64,000 nucleotides of DNA from Octopus bimaculoides (lineage: Eukaryota): NCBI RefSeq assembly GCF_001194135.2, contig NC_069000.1, positions 2,409,311 to 2,473,310 of the forward strand, given 5' to 3'. Positions 39,947-53,966 of this stretch are shown here, one piece after another. The notes below the pieces were generated by a model that had not been told where the DNA came from, did no database searches, and was given only the letters and a program-made list of their open reading frames with translations. Position numbers and translations under genes: made by a program. Positions within the stretch are counted from its first letter, which is position 1; each line of letters opens with the position of its first letter.

Positions 39947-41381
39947 CGTGTGTGTGTATGTGTCTGTGTGTGTCTGTGAGTGTGCGCGCGTGTAGAACGT
40001 TGTAATTTAGTTCACCTGATGAAAAGCAGAGGTCAAGGTCAATATATACCATACATACATATACAGACATACATAAATATATATTCAGCTAGAAACCGTG
40101 TAGAATGTTGTGTAAAGCTCGTCATCAGTTTTTGGCTACCGGATGTCATTAATAGTAGAGATGCATATGCTATTGTATTTACTTCAAGAATTCCTGAAGC
40201 TGCACAGTCTGCATCTGTGGTTCAATAAAATCCATTGCTCAGCACCTTTGAGGTAGAACAGCAGAATAAATCGAAGCAATTGTAATGGATTTGAATAAAA
40301 TATCTCGCGAATTCCATTTCCTGTCGCTGGTCTATTTATTACTGATATGCATACGTAGAAACGTACGTGCGTAAATGTGCATGTATGTATGTATGTATGT
40401 ATTTATGTATGTATGTATGCAAGTTTGTATGTATGCAAGTTTGTATGTATGTATTATGTATGTATACTTTTTCTGTTTCTAATCATTTAAATTCTCCCTC
40501 TGAAGACGGAGCTGGTTTCAAAAAAAAAAGATGCAAAGTTCCATCCTTGGAATGTAGATAACGAAAACAATGTCACATTTTAAACCTGAGGAAAGTCTTG
40601 CGTAGTTTTACTCTTTTGCTGACAGATTGTATTTGTGACGTGCGAATCAGTTGGTTAATTTTCTTTTCCGAAAACTCCGAGCTCGTCCAGACTGACAGTT
40701 TTGCATTTACTTACAAAACCAACTGCACCAATTATTATTAAACATAAATTTGCAATCCGTTACAAAAGCTGGATGATTCGAAGCATTTGTCGATAGTTAT
40801 CTTCTTTCTCATTGGTTTTGAAAGTATATATGTAAATATATTTGTCTGTCTAACTGTCTGCCTGTCTGTCTTTCTGTCTGTCTGTTTGTCTGCCTGTCTT
40901 TATGTATTTATGTGTGTATGTATGAAAGTTATACTAGGATTAACCCTGGGCTAAAACCTAGAAAGCTAGCTGATGAAAAATAGACCATTCTGAAATGAAA
41001 CAATATGTTTGATGTCTGGAGATTTCAATCCCGTTGCTCAAATTAAAATTATTTCCTATTAGATTCTTTGTAATATATGGCTATAAATTAAATGTATGCA
41101 TACGAAACACATGCTGCTAATAGTTTGAGCATATTTTAAACTCTAAAGTCGAAGAGTCAAGCTATAATCCATTCAGGTATAGTTGCATAAAGATGGGTAT
41201 TAATGACCTATATCTTGCGTTCATGAAATATTAATAGAAATACAGAATATTGAAAGAAATTTATCGCAAGGGGTGACAGTATTTAAATTGGTTTATTATC
41301 AAATTGACAATATCTCGTTACGTCAATGCAAATCAAATGCAAAAGATAATTTTTTCACTCTTTCCAAAAGACGATCTGAAC

Positions 41382-41448
<67 letters not shown>

Positions 41449-42498
41449 CCCAAACACACACAAGCCCATACACACACGCTCACACATGGTCACACGCACA
41501 GTTATATACATACACACATATAATTTTATGAGCATCTATGCAAATATATATNNNNNNNNNNNNNNNNNNNNNNNNNNNNNNNNNNNNNNNNNNNNNNNNN
41601 NNNNNNNNNNNNNNNNNNNNNNNNNNNNNNNNNNNNNNNNNNNNNNNNNNNNNNNNNNNNNNNNNNNNNNNNNNNNNNNNNNNNNNNNNNNNNNNNNNNN
41701 NNNNNNNNNNNNNNNNNNNNNNNNNNNNNNNNNNNNNNNNNNNNNNNNNNNNNNNNNNNNNNNNNNNNNNNNNNNNNNNNNNNNNNNNNNNNNNNNNNNN
41801 NNNNNNNNNNNNNNNNNNNNNNNNNNNNNNNNNNNNNNNNNNNNNNNNNNNNNNNNNNNNNNNNNNNNNNNNNNNNNNNNNNNNNNNNNNNNNNNNNNNN
41901 NNNNNNNNNNNNNNNNNNNNNNNNNNNNNNNNNNNNNNNNNNNNNNNNNNNNNNNNNNNNNNNNNNNNNNTATATATATATATATATATATATTTGCAAG
42001 TATGAATATATATTCTATTATAGATTCCAGAAACATTACATTTTAGATGAATTGGAAATGTTGTGACATACACACACATGCACGCGAGTATTCATATATG
42101 TATGTGCGTGCCCGTGCGTTTCTGTTTTAAGACGTGCGTTTGTGCATATCATAAATACAACAGAGAAAAAAATCGAAAACTATAATTTTGCCGGAATATC
42201 TTTCCTAAATATTGGCAATCTCTTGTTAATATTCTTATAAATTATTCCTCAAATTCCCCTCAACTATCGACGATAATTCACAGTTTGAAATATTATGAAA
42301 TTTAATGGATCCTACATCAATATCAACCATAAGTGTTTCAGCTATTCGTTTAATTGATCAACCTAAACTCTAAGTTCCTGGAAAACTTAGCACAAATGGT
42401 GATAGGGTATGAGACAAGTCGAACATTTTCAAATACATGTACAGATTTCATTTCTGCAGGCCTGCATCTAGTTTTTGCTAACACGTTTTAGTCACAGG

Positions 42499-42544
42499 CT
42501 AAGTATTTTTCCCGGTGTTCTAACAATTCTGCCAGCTCACCACC
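42499..42544 (-). mobile_element. SINE family B head fragment
   Basis: ctaagtatttttcccggtgttctaacaattctgccagctcaccacc matches the first 45 bp of family B in reverse. Confidence 0.55.
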
Positions 42545-43249
42545 TTGCTCGGCTTCTTAATTAATGATACGGTCTTATAGAAGAAACCCAAGTATCATTT
42601 AATGCCACCAAAACTGTATTTAAAGAGAATACGATTTCATTTTAGGTATGAAGGAGTACATTTTTCTGCTGCGGTATGTTCTTACTGAATATGTAAACGA
42701 CACGAAGGGCGGATGGTAATTTCTAAGTATAATTTCAAATGAAAATATAAGGACAGTACTTAGGAAGACATCTACCATATAAAACATTCTCAGTTTCTTT
42801 TATTTTCTTATATATAATGTGTCTCAACGTTCATATTGTCCACGTCAGATAATAATTGGTAATTACATCATCTATTGAAAGCCGGATGTAGATTGATGAT
42901 GTAAACGTATAATAGATGCAATAAAACATCGTTATTGGTTGTAATTATGCTCCTAAAAGCAATCAAAAATGGCTCATAAAACTTGGATCATGACACAATA
43001 ATACAACATTGGCTGGACAATATTAGCTTTGTTGTGTGTTATTAATATAAAACAACAGAGGCTGCCAGCCGTGTATTATCTATGTGAAAGTGTATGTAAC
43101 CATTATTTCCTAATATTTCCGATAGCACAAGCAAACAATTACACATTGAATCAATGTAATTACTAAAATAATGAGATAGAACAGAATAGACCTCGGTATA
43201 CGACGATGGAATCGTGACAGCAAACAAGGGAAAGCAGACGGTCAACGTC

Positions 43250-43690
43250 TAAACCTCTACACATTATTATTAAGGAAACTCGAAAGACAGCCAATGAAAC
43301 AAGAAGGAGATTAAAGGTGCATCACCAGATAAACAAGAAGCTTTTGTAAATAATGAAAGAAACATATGAGAGAATAAAAGGAATCTCAACAAACAACAAA
43401 TGAAGAACAAATCATTACGCGACGACATCTTGCGAAATAAACTCGATAGTGAAAATAACGCCCGGACAATTAACAAAGGAAACATCAAGCAACGAAAGAC
43501 CTTCAACGGTCGGTGAGAAACCCTTGCCAATTGCAGAACGAAATTTTGACAGTCAACAAGGTCGCCGCCATATTATCACGCACAGGAAAAGAAATAACAG
43601 TCAAATAACACAGATGGATTATCATCACATACGCTAGTAAGCTCATACCTGGGCCCCTTACAGGGGCTCGTACCCTGGGCTAGAGTAAGC
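43250..43690 (+). mobile_element. Possible highly decayed RTE-like LINE 3' end
   Basis: A-rich coding-like tract ending in a degenerate zinc-finger-like segment (RNFDSQQGRRH..TH), tandem stops at about 43635-43640, then a GC hairpin gggcccct-tac-aggggctc at 43651-43669. The clade is a weak inference. Confidence 0.33.
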
Positions 43691-45589
43691 CAGTGAAAAA
43701 TAATGGGGGAGACTCTTCGGATTCCTGGCGCTAGACTCCTCAGCATTCTGGAACTCTCGAATCAGAAAGCCACTACTGGATGCAGTTTAAATTCATACAT
43801 ATATACTTACACATATACATACATACTTACACATATACAGACATGCATACATACATGCATACATACATACATACAGCTAATATTCTACCGACCATATCAA
43901 TCTGTACAAGCAAGCTTTAATTGGGAACAGTAGCATACCAAACTGGTTAGCTCTGGCAGTGACAAAATTGATATAAAATATTCCAGGAGTGACCATCCAC
44001 ACTTTTTATTTGATATATTAGAAGTTATAGTTTGCACTGTATCCTTTCTTCTTTTACGTCCGCAAAAAGAGATTTGAGAAACTGTAACATCTAAAAGAAT
44101 GACTGCACATTTCATGCTTCCTGTGAATCTCTGACAAGAGTCGGAGGATTGGCGTTCTTTTCTGCAATAGTCTTGCTCTCTAGAACCCGAATGTGTGACC
44201 TTAGATTTACTGATTTAAGGATTTAAGGATTTTCCCTCTCACATTCAAGACTAGATATTAGGAATTGCACAAACATGATAAAACATACTCACATGTTTGG
44301 GAGTTATGCTGATTGAATAGAAAAGGTATTTATTAAGTTTTAAAAAATAGCGAAAAAATGATAATTATTAAAATTAATTTCCGGAAAAAATTCATTTTAA
44401 TATTAATTTCTGAATATCGGATTTTTTCCTTTTACATTTATTATTATTACAGATTATGTTTATAATTAATTATTTAAGCTTCTCTTTGCTGTAACACGAA
44501 GAAGAAAGTTTTCTACGTTAAAGCGTCTTAATTTATTAAAATTATTATAATTCTGTTGAAATCATGTTAATTTTGGTGCAATACTGCATAAATTATATGT
44601 TTTATTTCAATCTTAGCAAACATTCATTAGCGATAATTATATGGAATGCAATCCTACAGTAATGAATATTCATTAACCGACTGGTTGTCTTAAAAAAAAC
44701 AGTAAAGAAAAAATCTGAAAACATCAAAACAATGGCATAAACCGAAATCCATTCCGAAGACCGATTTTGTATTGTGGGATATTCTAAGAAGGAATTAATC
44801 AGAAATTTTGAAATTGTTTTTTGTTTATTTTTTCGGTTTTTTGCTTTAATTTTGTATTATCGACATCGATATTTTCGATGAATGATATCAGTTCAGAAAT
44901 TGCACGATGCCAAATCAATTATGAGTTAGCTTCATGCAAATATAATTTATTTCTGGCTGTTCATGTTGTTTACTAACATTGTATTACTGTGAATATGTTG
45001 TTGCAGTGACTTAGAACACCTGAAATTCCTGCTGATTTCAGCATTAAAGGAGGTTTTGAAGGGAAGAATAGAGCGGATTATTTGTTTCCCCCTGTTAACA
45101 ACTGTCAACAAATATGCTGAGCTCAGCATTGCTAATTAAGTGTGAGAGGTAGAAGAATAATACTTCGTTAAAAATTTCTTCTTCTCAACTGAATTTAGTA
45201 TTGAGAATTATATGAAGGAAACAATAACACTTCAATGAATTAATACTTCTTTTCAACTGAATTCAGCTCTGTTGCAAATTAAGCGAAACAAATGGTAATG
45301 TTGGAATAACGTATCCCTTGTTTTTCTTTGGATTCAACATTGAAAATGAAGACGATTTCTAGAAAAGCAAACACAAACAAACAAAAACAACATTCAATGA
45401 GGGGATTCTTGTTCGAAGCTGTATTCAGCCTTCAACCTCATAAAATTAAGACAAACAGCAATATTATAATATTCCATTTCTACATCCCAGATGAATTCTT
45501 GATTGTAAATTAAGAGTGGGAAAACAGCAAAATTTCAATAAGGTAATTTTATCTCTGTAAAATTCAACAGAGAATATTTCGGGAAAAAA

Positions 45590-45591
<2 letters not shown>

Positions 45592-45648
<57 letters not shown>
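45592..45648. repeat. (ATCT)n microsatellite
   Basis: Directly visible. Confidence 0.95.
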
Positions 45649-45649
<1 letters not shown>

Positions 45650-46559
45650 GCTAATTATATTTTTACAGTGCGACTTGAGGTCGATAAGGCAATACATTAA
45701 AAGTTATACAATAGTGGTTCAAAAAGTTCTTTCAATATAAGAAGTTTGAAATCTCACGTTACATCTGGGTTTTCATCCGTTGCACCAACTAAGATATTTT
45801 GGACCAATAGTTTTTGTTTTCTTTTTTCTCAATATGCTAAATGCCATTGTTTATAGCTTTACTATGTGCGTCTTACCACTTTCGAAAGCAATAGAAAATG
45901 TTGAGGGAGATTTGGTTCCAAATTTTAGGAGATCAATATTTGTTGTTTTCAAAGTATATATAACTCCCTTGCATGTATACAAACTGTCGATTTCTTTAAT
46001 GTACATCCGTTACACTATCGACTCTACGTCGTTCATCCGCATTAGCAGTATTTCAGAAATGCAAATTTGATAAATATACGTAAACACTTTAAAGAATGGT
46101 GGTTCGCTGGCACAGCGGGTAAAGATTTGGGCAAAAAGAATCCTGTTATTTGTTTGCTCCCGTTAAAATTTGTTTCTTAAAAAAAAAAAAAATCATGTCT
46201 TTAAATTCACAAGATATTGCAATCATTTACTTCCTTCATTGTAAATCTTGTTTACTTTCTCCAAATTTGGATTACAGATGGAATCAAAACATTAGTAAGA
46301 CATCAATATTATTTTGTACTAGAATAGTACTTTCTAAGCTTCGACATTGCCAAAGGAATGCTGACAAGAAATTTTATTTACATTTTTGTTTTCAGGTGTT
46401 TCTAAGGGAAATAGCATTTACTGGGAGAAAATTTTCAACTGATCTATCATACCTACTTCGTACGTATATGTTAAACAGAAGATGAAAATATGAAATAATT
46501 TGCGTAAGTTTACATATATAATTTCCATACATTTACAAATTCGTATGTTTGTATGTATG

Positions 46560-46602
<43 letters not shown>

Positions 46603-47644
46603 GCATGTATGTATGTATGTACGTATGCATGTATGTAAATGCAAAAACACGCAGATATGTAAATGAGTAGAGAAAGAGAGTAAAAAATGGGGAGAGAAAG
46701 AAAGAGAGAGCAAATATATTTGCCATTTCAATACGTTTGAAGCCGAATGATGAGCTTTTGCATAAACAGAATTCTTCTAACTTGTACTGTTCGAGATAAA
46801 GTGCTGTAAGGTCGCTGGAAATTTGAATTTCACGTTTCCGACGCTTTCTTCCGTTTCCATTACGTGTATTTCGTCAACGAAACATATTGTTCCCTCAAAC
46901 CCGATCGATGCGTTGTTGATAGTTGTATCTATTCATGACATGCTTCATATCTCCCCTAAATTTAATATTGTATCTCATCCATATCTTCGTAATTTTTCAT
47001 TAGTATATCCTCACTCGAAACTGCATATTCTAATTTATTCATTTTAGCTTTCTCTGTGGAATGAAGTAATATCAAGAAAAGCAAACCGAATAAATATGTG
47101 CTTCCATCAACAGAATTTCAGTTCCATCTCTGTTATTATTTAACGGAGATTTCAACTGGGAAATAACGATAGCAACTATCGAAACTGAATAACGATAGCA
47201 AAATGATTACGTAGCAATAATCAAAACCAGATGTAGCACAAGTGACACAAATAGTCCGTGTGTGGATCTTTCTCTAATATAATACATATCACTCTATCCA
47301 TATAGCATCACAAACTGTCAGTATCGTCACATGGTCTAGGATTTCATTTATTTATTGTTTTGTCAGGGAGCTCTTCTTCATTAACTTTACGTCGCCACAT
47401 AACCTGTACTTTTATCGACCCCATCACTATAGCAATGAAACACAAAACTAATTCCGCTACAATTTGAACTTAACGGAATGAATTTAATACCGACATCCCA
47501 TTTCTAATCTACCGATCTATAAATTCTGATATTAACGCGCCTGAAGGTAAATAAACATTTCAATTTATTTTTCAGAATGAAAATAGTCAATTCAAAAAAA
47601 GAAAAAAAAAAAAGATTACACGAAAGTATAGAAGTAAAAGAGAG

Positions 47645-47830
47645 TGTGTGGAGGCACAGCTATTAGTGTGAGTTAACAGACTCTATTTGCAACGAGTTAG
47701 TTTCAGATTCAGTCCGTCTGCACGGACCATGGGCAATGTCTTTTACTATAGACCCAGGCCGATCAATACCCTGGAAATGAAAATGATAGACGTAAAATCT
47801 ATGGACGCCTGTCATATGTATGTATAAAAA
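47645..47830 (+). mobile_element. SINE family A, 5' half, old
   Basis: tttcagattcagtccgtctgcacggaccatgggcaatgtcttttactatagacccaggccgatcaataccctggaaatgaaaatgatagacg aligns by eye with the family A 5' half. Confidence 0.6.
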
Positions 47831-48255
47831 TGTGTATATATATAAAAGTTCATAACTGTAAATATATAAAAAACGTATAAGTCAATAAATGTACTTGCGA
47901 AGTCCGAATGAAGAGAGTGATAAAATGGATGTAAAATAATTCATAAGGAATCTGGAACATATGTAAAGTCAATGTATAAAGTCTTACGGCCGTTTAGAAA
48001 AGATATAGGTTGGTATGGACGAACTAACTCCAAACATAGCAATATTCTATATTTCTCTCATCAGAGTTAATAGAACCACAAGGTTAAAAATTTAAATATA
48101 TATAAGGATAAGTATATTAAAAGAGGTCCGTCGGAAAACTCATTTAAAGAAAAAGGGACGAGAACCACCATTGGCAACCACTGTGAAAAGATAGGGAATC
48201 AATGACCTGCAAACTCAGCAAAAAAAAATATCGCTTGAATAATTAACGGATTCAT

Positions 48256-48318
48256 ATATCCTGGAGTCAAGTTTCTGCCCCAGCATGGGCACAGATTGAA
48301 ACAAGTAAAATATAAAAA
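48256..48318 (+). mobile_element. SINE family A 3' terminal fragment
   Basis: tcctggagtc...ccccagcatgggcacagattgaaacaagtaaaatataaaaaga matches the family A end with internal deletions. Confidence 0.5.
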
Positions 48319-50309
48319 GACATCTGAATTATTGTTAATAAATATATTTTGCCGTTATTGCATCGCATGCTCCTTGAACTTCAATCATTTTCCTGAGTTA
48401 AAGAGACACAATTAATTTACCAGTTTACACATTTATCCCGAGTTGAAGCTAAATAATTTTGCAAACACTTCTAATGAACTTAAGAAAGTTATGAATGTCA
48501 CGCAATCTCGTTAATCTTCGCTCATAAATTTATAAATGTATTTAGTTCGTTTACTCTACTGTTACCACCAAATCATGCATCGCCGTAAACTATAGCCTTA
48601 GATATAATATCCATCGTCTTTAAATTACAGAATATGATTCTTGGTTGCTGCTCCCAAGCATTCATTCAAGATCAAAGATTTAATTAGAAACATAAAACCT
48701 TCATTGCATAATTTGATTAATTAGAGTCGTTGAAATGAGATGAAATTTCAAGCTTGATAAAGTGACGGGAAATTTAACGCATATTATCATATGCATTGGA
48801 GGACTTATTGTTAGCGTACTTTGGGCGCAGGGCATGCAGTTTGAATAAGAGATTGCACTACCCTATATGACTATGGGTTCTATTTCACCATGCGGATAAC
48901 TGCCTAGTTACTTTTCCACTAATCATGGACTGACAAAACTTTGTTAGTGACGGTTGATTGAGAAAAGTTGCATGGACGCCAGTCGAGTGAGGCTTTTTTG
49001 CTTGCATAATTGATTTCTTCCGCCGCGCGGTTTGTCATTCACAACTGAAACATAGAGGCCTTCCGCAGAGTATATTCTATCTCTAGTATTTAGGCTGGCA
49101 ATTAGGCTGCGACTTCTGTCTAAGAATATATTCGTTTTTCCTTTTACCATTGACACAAAAAAAGAAGAATATCGTTTTATTCCTTCTGAATAAGATATAA
49201 AAATTTACTTGACGCTGAATTCCACATTGGTTTATGTCTTCTGATTGGAAAGAATTAAAACAGCCTATCTGGAAGAAGTGACATTTATTACTCGATACTG
49301 TTTTACGACAATTTACTGCATTGCTCCAATGACAAGAAAGCAAAATGCATGCATGTACCGTAATTACTCGTGTTTAGGTCGTATTCCCATTTAATGTTAC
49401 CATTTTGTTTTTCAAATCTTCGTTTTAGCTTTGCAACTTGCTTAAGATACACAAAACATTTTCTATTAAAATTAAGAATGAAATAGTTCGGATTATACAC
49501 GAGAAATTAGTTGACGTACAAGCTCGAGAAGTACTAGATACTTCACTAATTTAGGCCCGTGTGACAACATTTTGAAACCAACTATGACCTTAATAACTCC
49601 TGTGTTTCATAATCTGCTCGATAATATATCAGTTATCTTACGCTGTGATATTTCTCTTCCACTTCATTATATATGTCTTAATCGCTTCTAATATGCGAAA
49701 AATCTAATCAATAATTTTGTAGAATTTGTGGTTTACGCCTTAGCGCCCAAATTAAGCTCACGGCAATTCGGCATTCTTTTTCTTTCTCGATTTTCATGTA
49801 AGCCGTTCCACTCACACCACAAAATTTCATTTGGACATGTCTGGATTGGAAAATTTACGGCGTGTAATTCGCTATTTACAGTTAAATCAGAGCCAATACA
49901 AGAATATAAACTATGTTTACCATGGATTTGTACAGCCAAAAAGACCCCCCAAAAAACGAAAAGAGAATAATAAATAATAATAAATAAATAAACGACTAAA
50001 GTAAGAAACCGAGGCAATAACAAGATTTCCGACTTTGGATGAAGCAATTACATTGCAATTAAGTCAGAGTTTACCTTTGGGAAACGCATGGAATAAACAA
50101 CTTCCAATTTCATCTATGCATGTATGTGTGTGTGTGTGTCTCTGTGTGCGTGTAACTTGAGCGAGTGTGTGAACATTTGTATATGTGTAAGTATATATGT
50201 GTGTATATCTATATACACGCATATATTTATTATATCCATAAATATACATTACACATGCATGTACATACGTGCATACAAACATACTTACACGCGCACGTCC
50301 ACCTACACA

Positions 50310-50345
<36 letters not shown>

Positions 50346-50943
50346 NNNNNNNNNNNNNNNNNNNNNNNNNNNNNNNNNNNNNNNNNNNNNNNNNNNNNNN
50401 NNNNNNNNNNNNNNNNNNNNNNNNNNNNNNNNNNNNNNNNNNNNNNNNNNNNNNNNNNNNNNNNNNNNNNNNNNNNNNNNNNNNNNNNNNNNNNNNNNNN
50501 NNNNNNNNNNNNNNNNNNNNNNNNNNNNNNNNNNNNNNNNNNNNNNNNNNNNNNNNNNNNNNNNNNNNNNNNNNNNNNNNNNNNNNNNNNNNNNNNNNNN
50601 NNNNNNNNNNNNNNNNNNNNNNNNNNNNNNNNNNNNNNNNNNNNNNNNNNNNNNNNNNNNNNNNNNNNNNNNNNNNNNNNNNNNNNNNNNNNNNNNNNNN
50701 NNNNNNNNNNNNNNNNNNNNNNNNNNNNNNNNNNNNNNNNNNNNNNNNNNNNNNNNNNNNNNNNNNNNNNNNNNNNNNNNNNNNNNNNNNNNNNNNNNNN
50801 NNNNNNNNNNNNNNNNNNNNNNNNNNNNNNNNNNNNNNNNNNNNNNNNNNNNNNNNNNNNNNNNNNNNNNNNNNNNNNNNNNNNNNNNNNNNNNNNNNNN
50901 NNNNNNNNNNNNNNNNNNNNNNNNNNNNNNNNNNNNNNNNNNN

Positions 50944-51075
50944 AGAGACCGATAGAATAAGTACTAGGCTTACAAAGAATAAGTCCTGGGGTCGATTTGC
51001 TCGACTAAAGGTGGTGCTCCAGCATGGCCACAGTCAAATGACTGAAACAAGTAAAAGAGTAAAAGAATAAAAGAG
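50944..51075 (+). mobile_element. SINE family A, 3' end of an apparently young copy (5' part hidden in gap)
   Basis: agagaccgatagaataagtactaggcttacaaagaataagtcctggggtcgatttgctcgactaaaggtggtgctccagcatggccacagtcaaatgactgaaacaagtaaaagagtaaaagaataaaagagt, with a tandem AAAAGAGT/AAAAGAAT tail. Confidence 0.9.
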
Positions 51076-51128
51076 TATATATGTGTGTGTGTGTGTGTGT
51101 ATGTGTGTGGTTATGTATGTGGATGGTG

Positions 51129-51177
<49 letters not shown>

Positions 51178-51449
51178 TTGTCCACTCTCTTCAAAGTTAC
51201 TGTCGCTGAAACTTGCAACAGAACAGTGACTCGTTTAAGGGCAATATTGCGAACGCAGTCACTTATCCGTCATGAAAACCCAATAGCCGGTCTTGTGGAT
51301 CCTGGGGATCAAGAAGAAAATACGAATTCTAGGACGGTAATAAGGAGTGAACAGCCACGGTGTGATTTCAAATAAGGACGATGCTCAACAGATTTTTTCC
51401 AGTGCCATACGTTTTACAAGTGCAATATAGAATCTGAATTAAGTCCTGG

Positions 51450-51625
51450 TAATTTTCAGTTTGGGTGCTAGTCGATTATGTAGACTGCAAAACTGAAATG
51501 CTGCTTTGTTTCATCAAACAAGGAAAGACGAAGTTTAAGGCTGACATTGGCAGGGTATGAATTCAGAATAGAAAAAGCAGGACGATACCATAAAGCCTCT
51601 TCGATGCTCTAAATTCTATCAGTGG
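51450..51625 (-). mobile_element. SINE family B/B', strongly degraded
   Basis: agtcgattatgtagac...ggctgacattggcagggtatgaattcagaatagaaaaagcaggacgataccataaagc. Confidence 0.5.
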
Positions 51626-53771
51626 AAAAATTAATATTAAATGTGATTTATGCCTTCTGAGAAGTATATTATTATTTTAAAGTAGTGTATTCCATACAAA
51701 CTGTCGTCTTTCTAATGTTAATCTGTTTGATCTCATCTATTGCTCAAGGGAACACTTGTCAGCATCTTATTATAAGTTTGTTGGACTGTGTCCATAGCCT
51801 TAATGCTATCAACACGTAATCTCTACGAAACATTGACTCGGTGGGAACGCCGAATACATAACGAAAGCCATCAGCAATAATCATGTTTTCAACATTCTCC
51901 AGCTCTTTCACCCTTTCTCTTTCTCCCTCTCTCACACACACACATTCATTCTCTCTCTTTCTGCTCATGAATTAATTCATTTGACGAATTTGGTAAATCT
52001 GCATAAAGCACAGTTACTGAGTAGATATCATTGACCTTACATATCCCGTTGCAATGCTCGACATGTTAATACAATAGAAAGTTCCTACCAATATTTTGCG
52101 TCACGCTAAGGAAAGTAACTTAAATGGCGAAACCATTTAATAGTTATGGTGGTGTTGGTGGTGGTTATGGTGAAAGCAGAGGTGGTGACGGCGATGTTGA
52201 AAGTGAATAAAACAGAATAAGAGCACAATCAGAAAGAGAGAGACGGAGAGGGAGAGAGACAGAGGCAGAGACAGAGGCAGGGAGAAAGAGGTGGGAGAGT
52301 GAGCTAAATTGTGGAGAAATAAAAATAAGAGATGATAAAAAATAACGAAGGTAGGAATGAAACGCGCGCGCGAAGGAGAGAGGGGGGGGGATAAAGCCTT
52401 CCCCACGGTGTAATGGGTGAGGGAGCGAGAGACAGCAAGAGAGAGATTAAGTGAGAGAAAGATATATAAGGAGTGCGAGATGGAGAGCGAGTAACAGGAA
52501 TGATACTGAGAAGTGAAAGGCGAAGTAAGATATTAGGAGCCTAAGTAAATATGCAAGAAAAAGTTCAGGCAATTAGTAGTCCTCGTACTTTGAAGCGAAT
52601 GCATTTGATGAGGATAAAGTCAGATTGACTTCTTGTTCTGGAATTGGTCGAGTGGTCTAGACGCCTCTGATGCGAACTGAAAGTGCTTGAAAAATCGATT
52701 AAAGTCTGTTCATAATTTTTTCATTCTGTAAAGAAATAATTACATCTGCACTGTTTGTACGTCCGCTGCGTGACATGCATACACACTCACACACACATAA
52801 ATATATTGGGTTAGATAAATGGATAGATGGATAGATAGGGAGAGAGAGAGTGAGATAGATAGATACATGCATGCATACATATATACAGTTCTGTGTGTAT
52901 ATGAGATATGTTTAGACAGGTATTACCACACTGACCTCGATTTTGTTGACACCCTTACTTTGTCTGCCAGTAAAGTAGAAAATAATTAGGTAACTATTGA
53001 TTTTTCAGTGGAATTAATAGTTGGTTATCACATGCCATGCATCTAGAGGCAAATCTTTATTTGAAGTTCTCACGGAAGATTTTGCGCATTTATCAAGAAG
53101 TTGAAATTCTCAATTTTTTTTCTTTTTCGTTCAATTTCGACGAACGATGTAGCGTTTTTATTTCAGCTAAGCAAATGAAACCACATTCAGTGTACATCTA
53201 TTAAACATTGTTCATTAAACATATATTCCTATGCGATAATTCGTCTAAATATCGTGTCTCGTTTGCTCTGGTTTCAACATAATTGAATAAAAGGACATGA
53301 GTTTCGACGCAATTCAATAACAGAAGAGAATAATAAAGTCAGAGAGTTTATAGAATTCTATAAAGTAATAAGGGATACTCAGGCAAAAGAATGTAAACAA
53401 ATTTGCAGATAATAGTTTCGGCCATGCTGGAGCAACACCTTATATANNNNNNNNNNNNNNNNNNNNNNNNNNNNNNNNNNNNNNNNNNNNNNNNNNNNNN
53501 NNNNNNNNNNNNNNNNNNNNNNNNNNNNNNNNNNNNNNNNNNNNNNNNNNNNNNNNNNNNNNNNNNNNNNNNNNNNNNNNNNNNNNNNNNNNNNNNNNNN
53601 NNNNNNNNNNNNNNNNNNNNNNNNNNNNNNNNNNNNNNNNNNNNNNNNNNNNNNNNNNNNNNNNNNNTACACCACCTGTCCTCGTCTGTTGTTATTTTTT
53701 GTATATTCTCCCATATATATATATATATAACAATTTTATTTCCTGATAATACTAACATATTGATTTCTAAT

Positions 53772-53966
53772 TTTGGCACAGGGCCAGAAATTTCGGGGAA
53801 GGGGAGAAGTCGAGTACATGGACCTCAGTATTTAACTGGTACTTATTTTACGATCCCGAATGGCTGAATGTCCAGTCGACCTCAGCAGAATTCGAACTCG
53901 GAAAGTAAAGACGGACGAAATGCCGCTAAGCATTTTTGTCCGGCGTACTAAATATTTTGCCAGCTT
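53772..53966 (-). mobile_element. SINE family B', near full length
   Basis: ggcacagggccagaaatttcggggaaggggagaagtcgagtacatggacctcagtatttaactggtacttattttacgatcccgaatgg...gtcgacctcagcagaattcgaactcgg...gacgaaatgccgctaagcat...gccagct. Confidence 0.85.

Noticed and set aside
538-51335. Other short acceptor/donor pairs (538-565 minus, 49209-49268 minus, about 42646-42673 plus, about 51196-51335 plus)
   Set aside because: Such pairs are frequent by chance in AT-rich DNA; no recognisable peptide or supporting chain.
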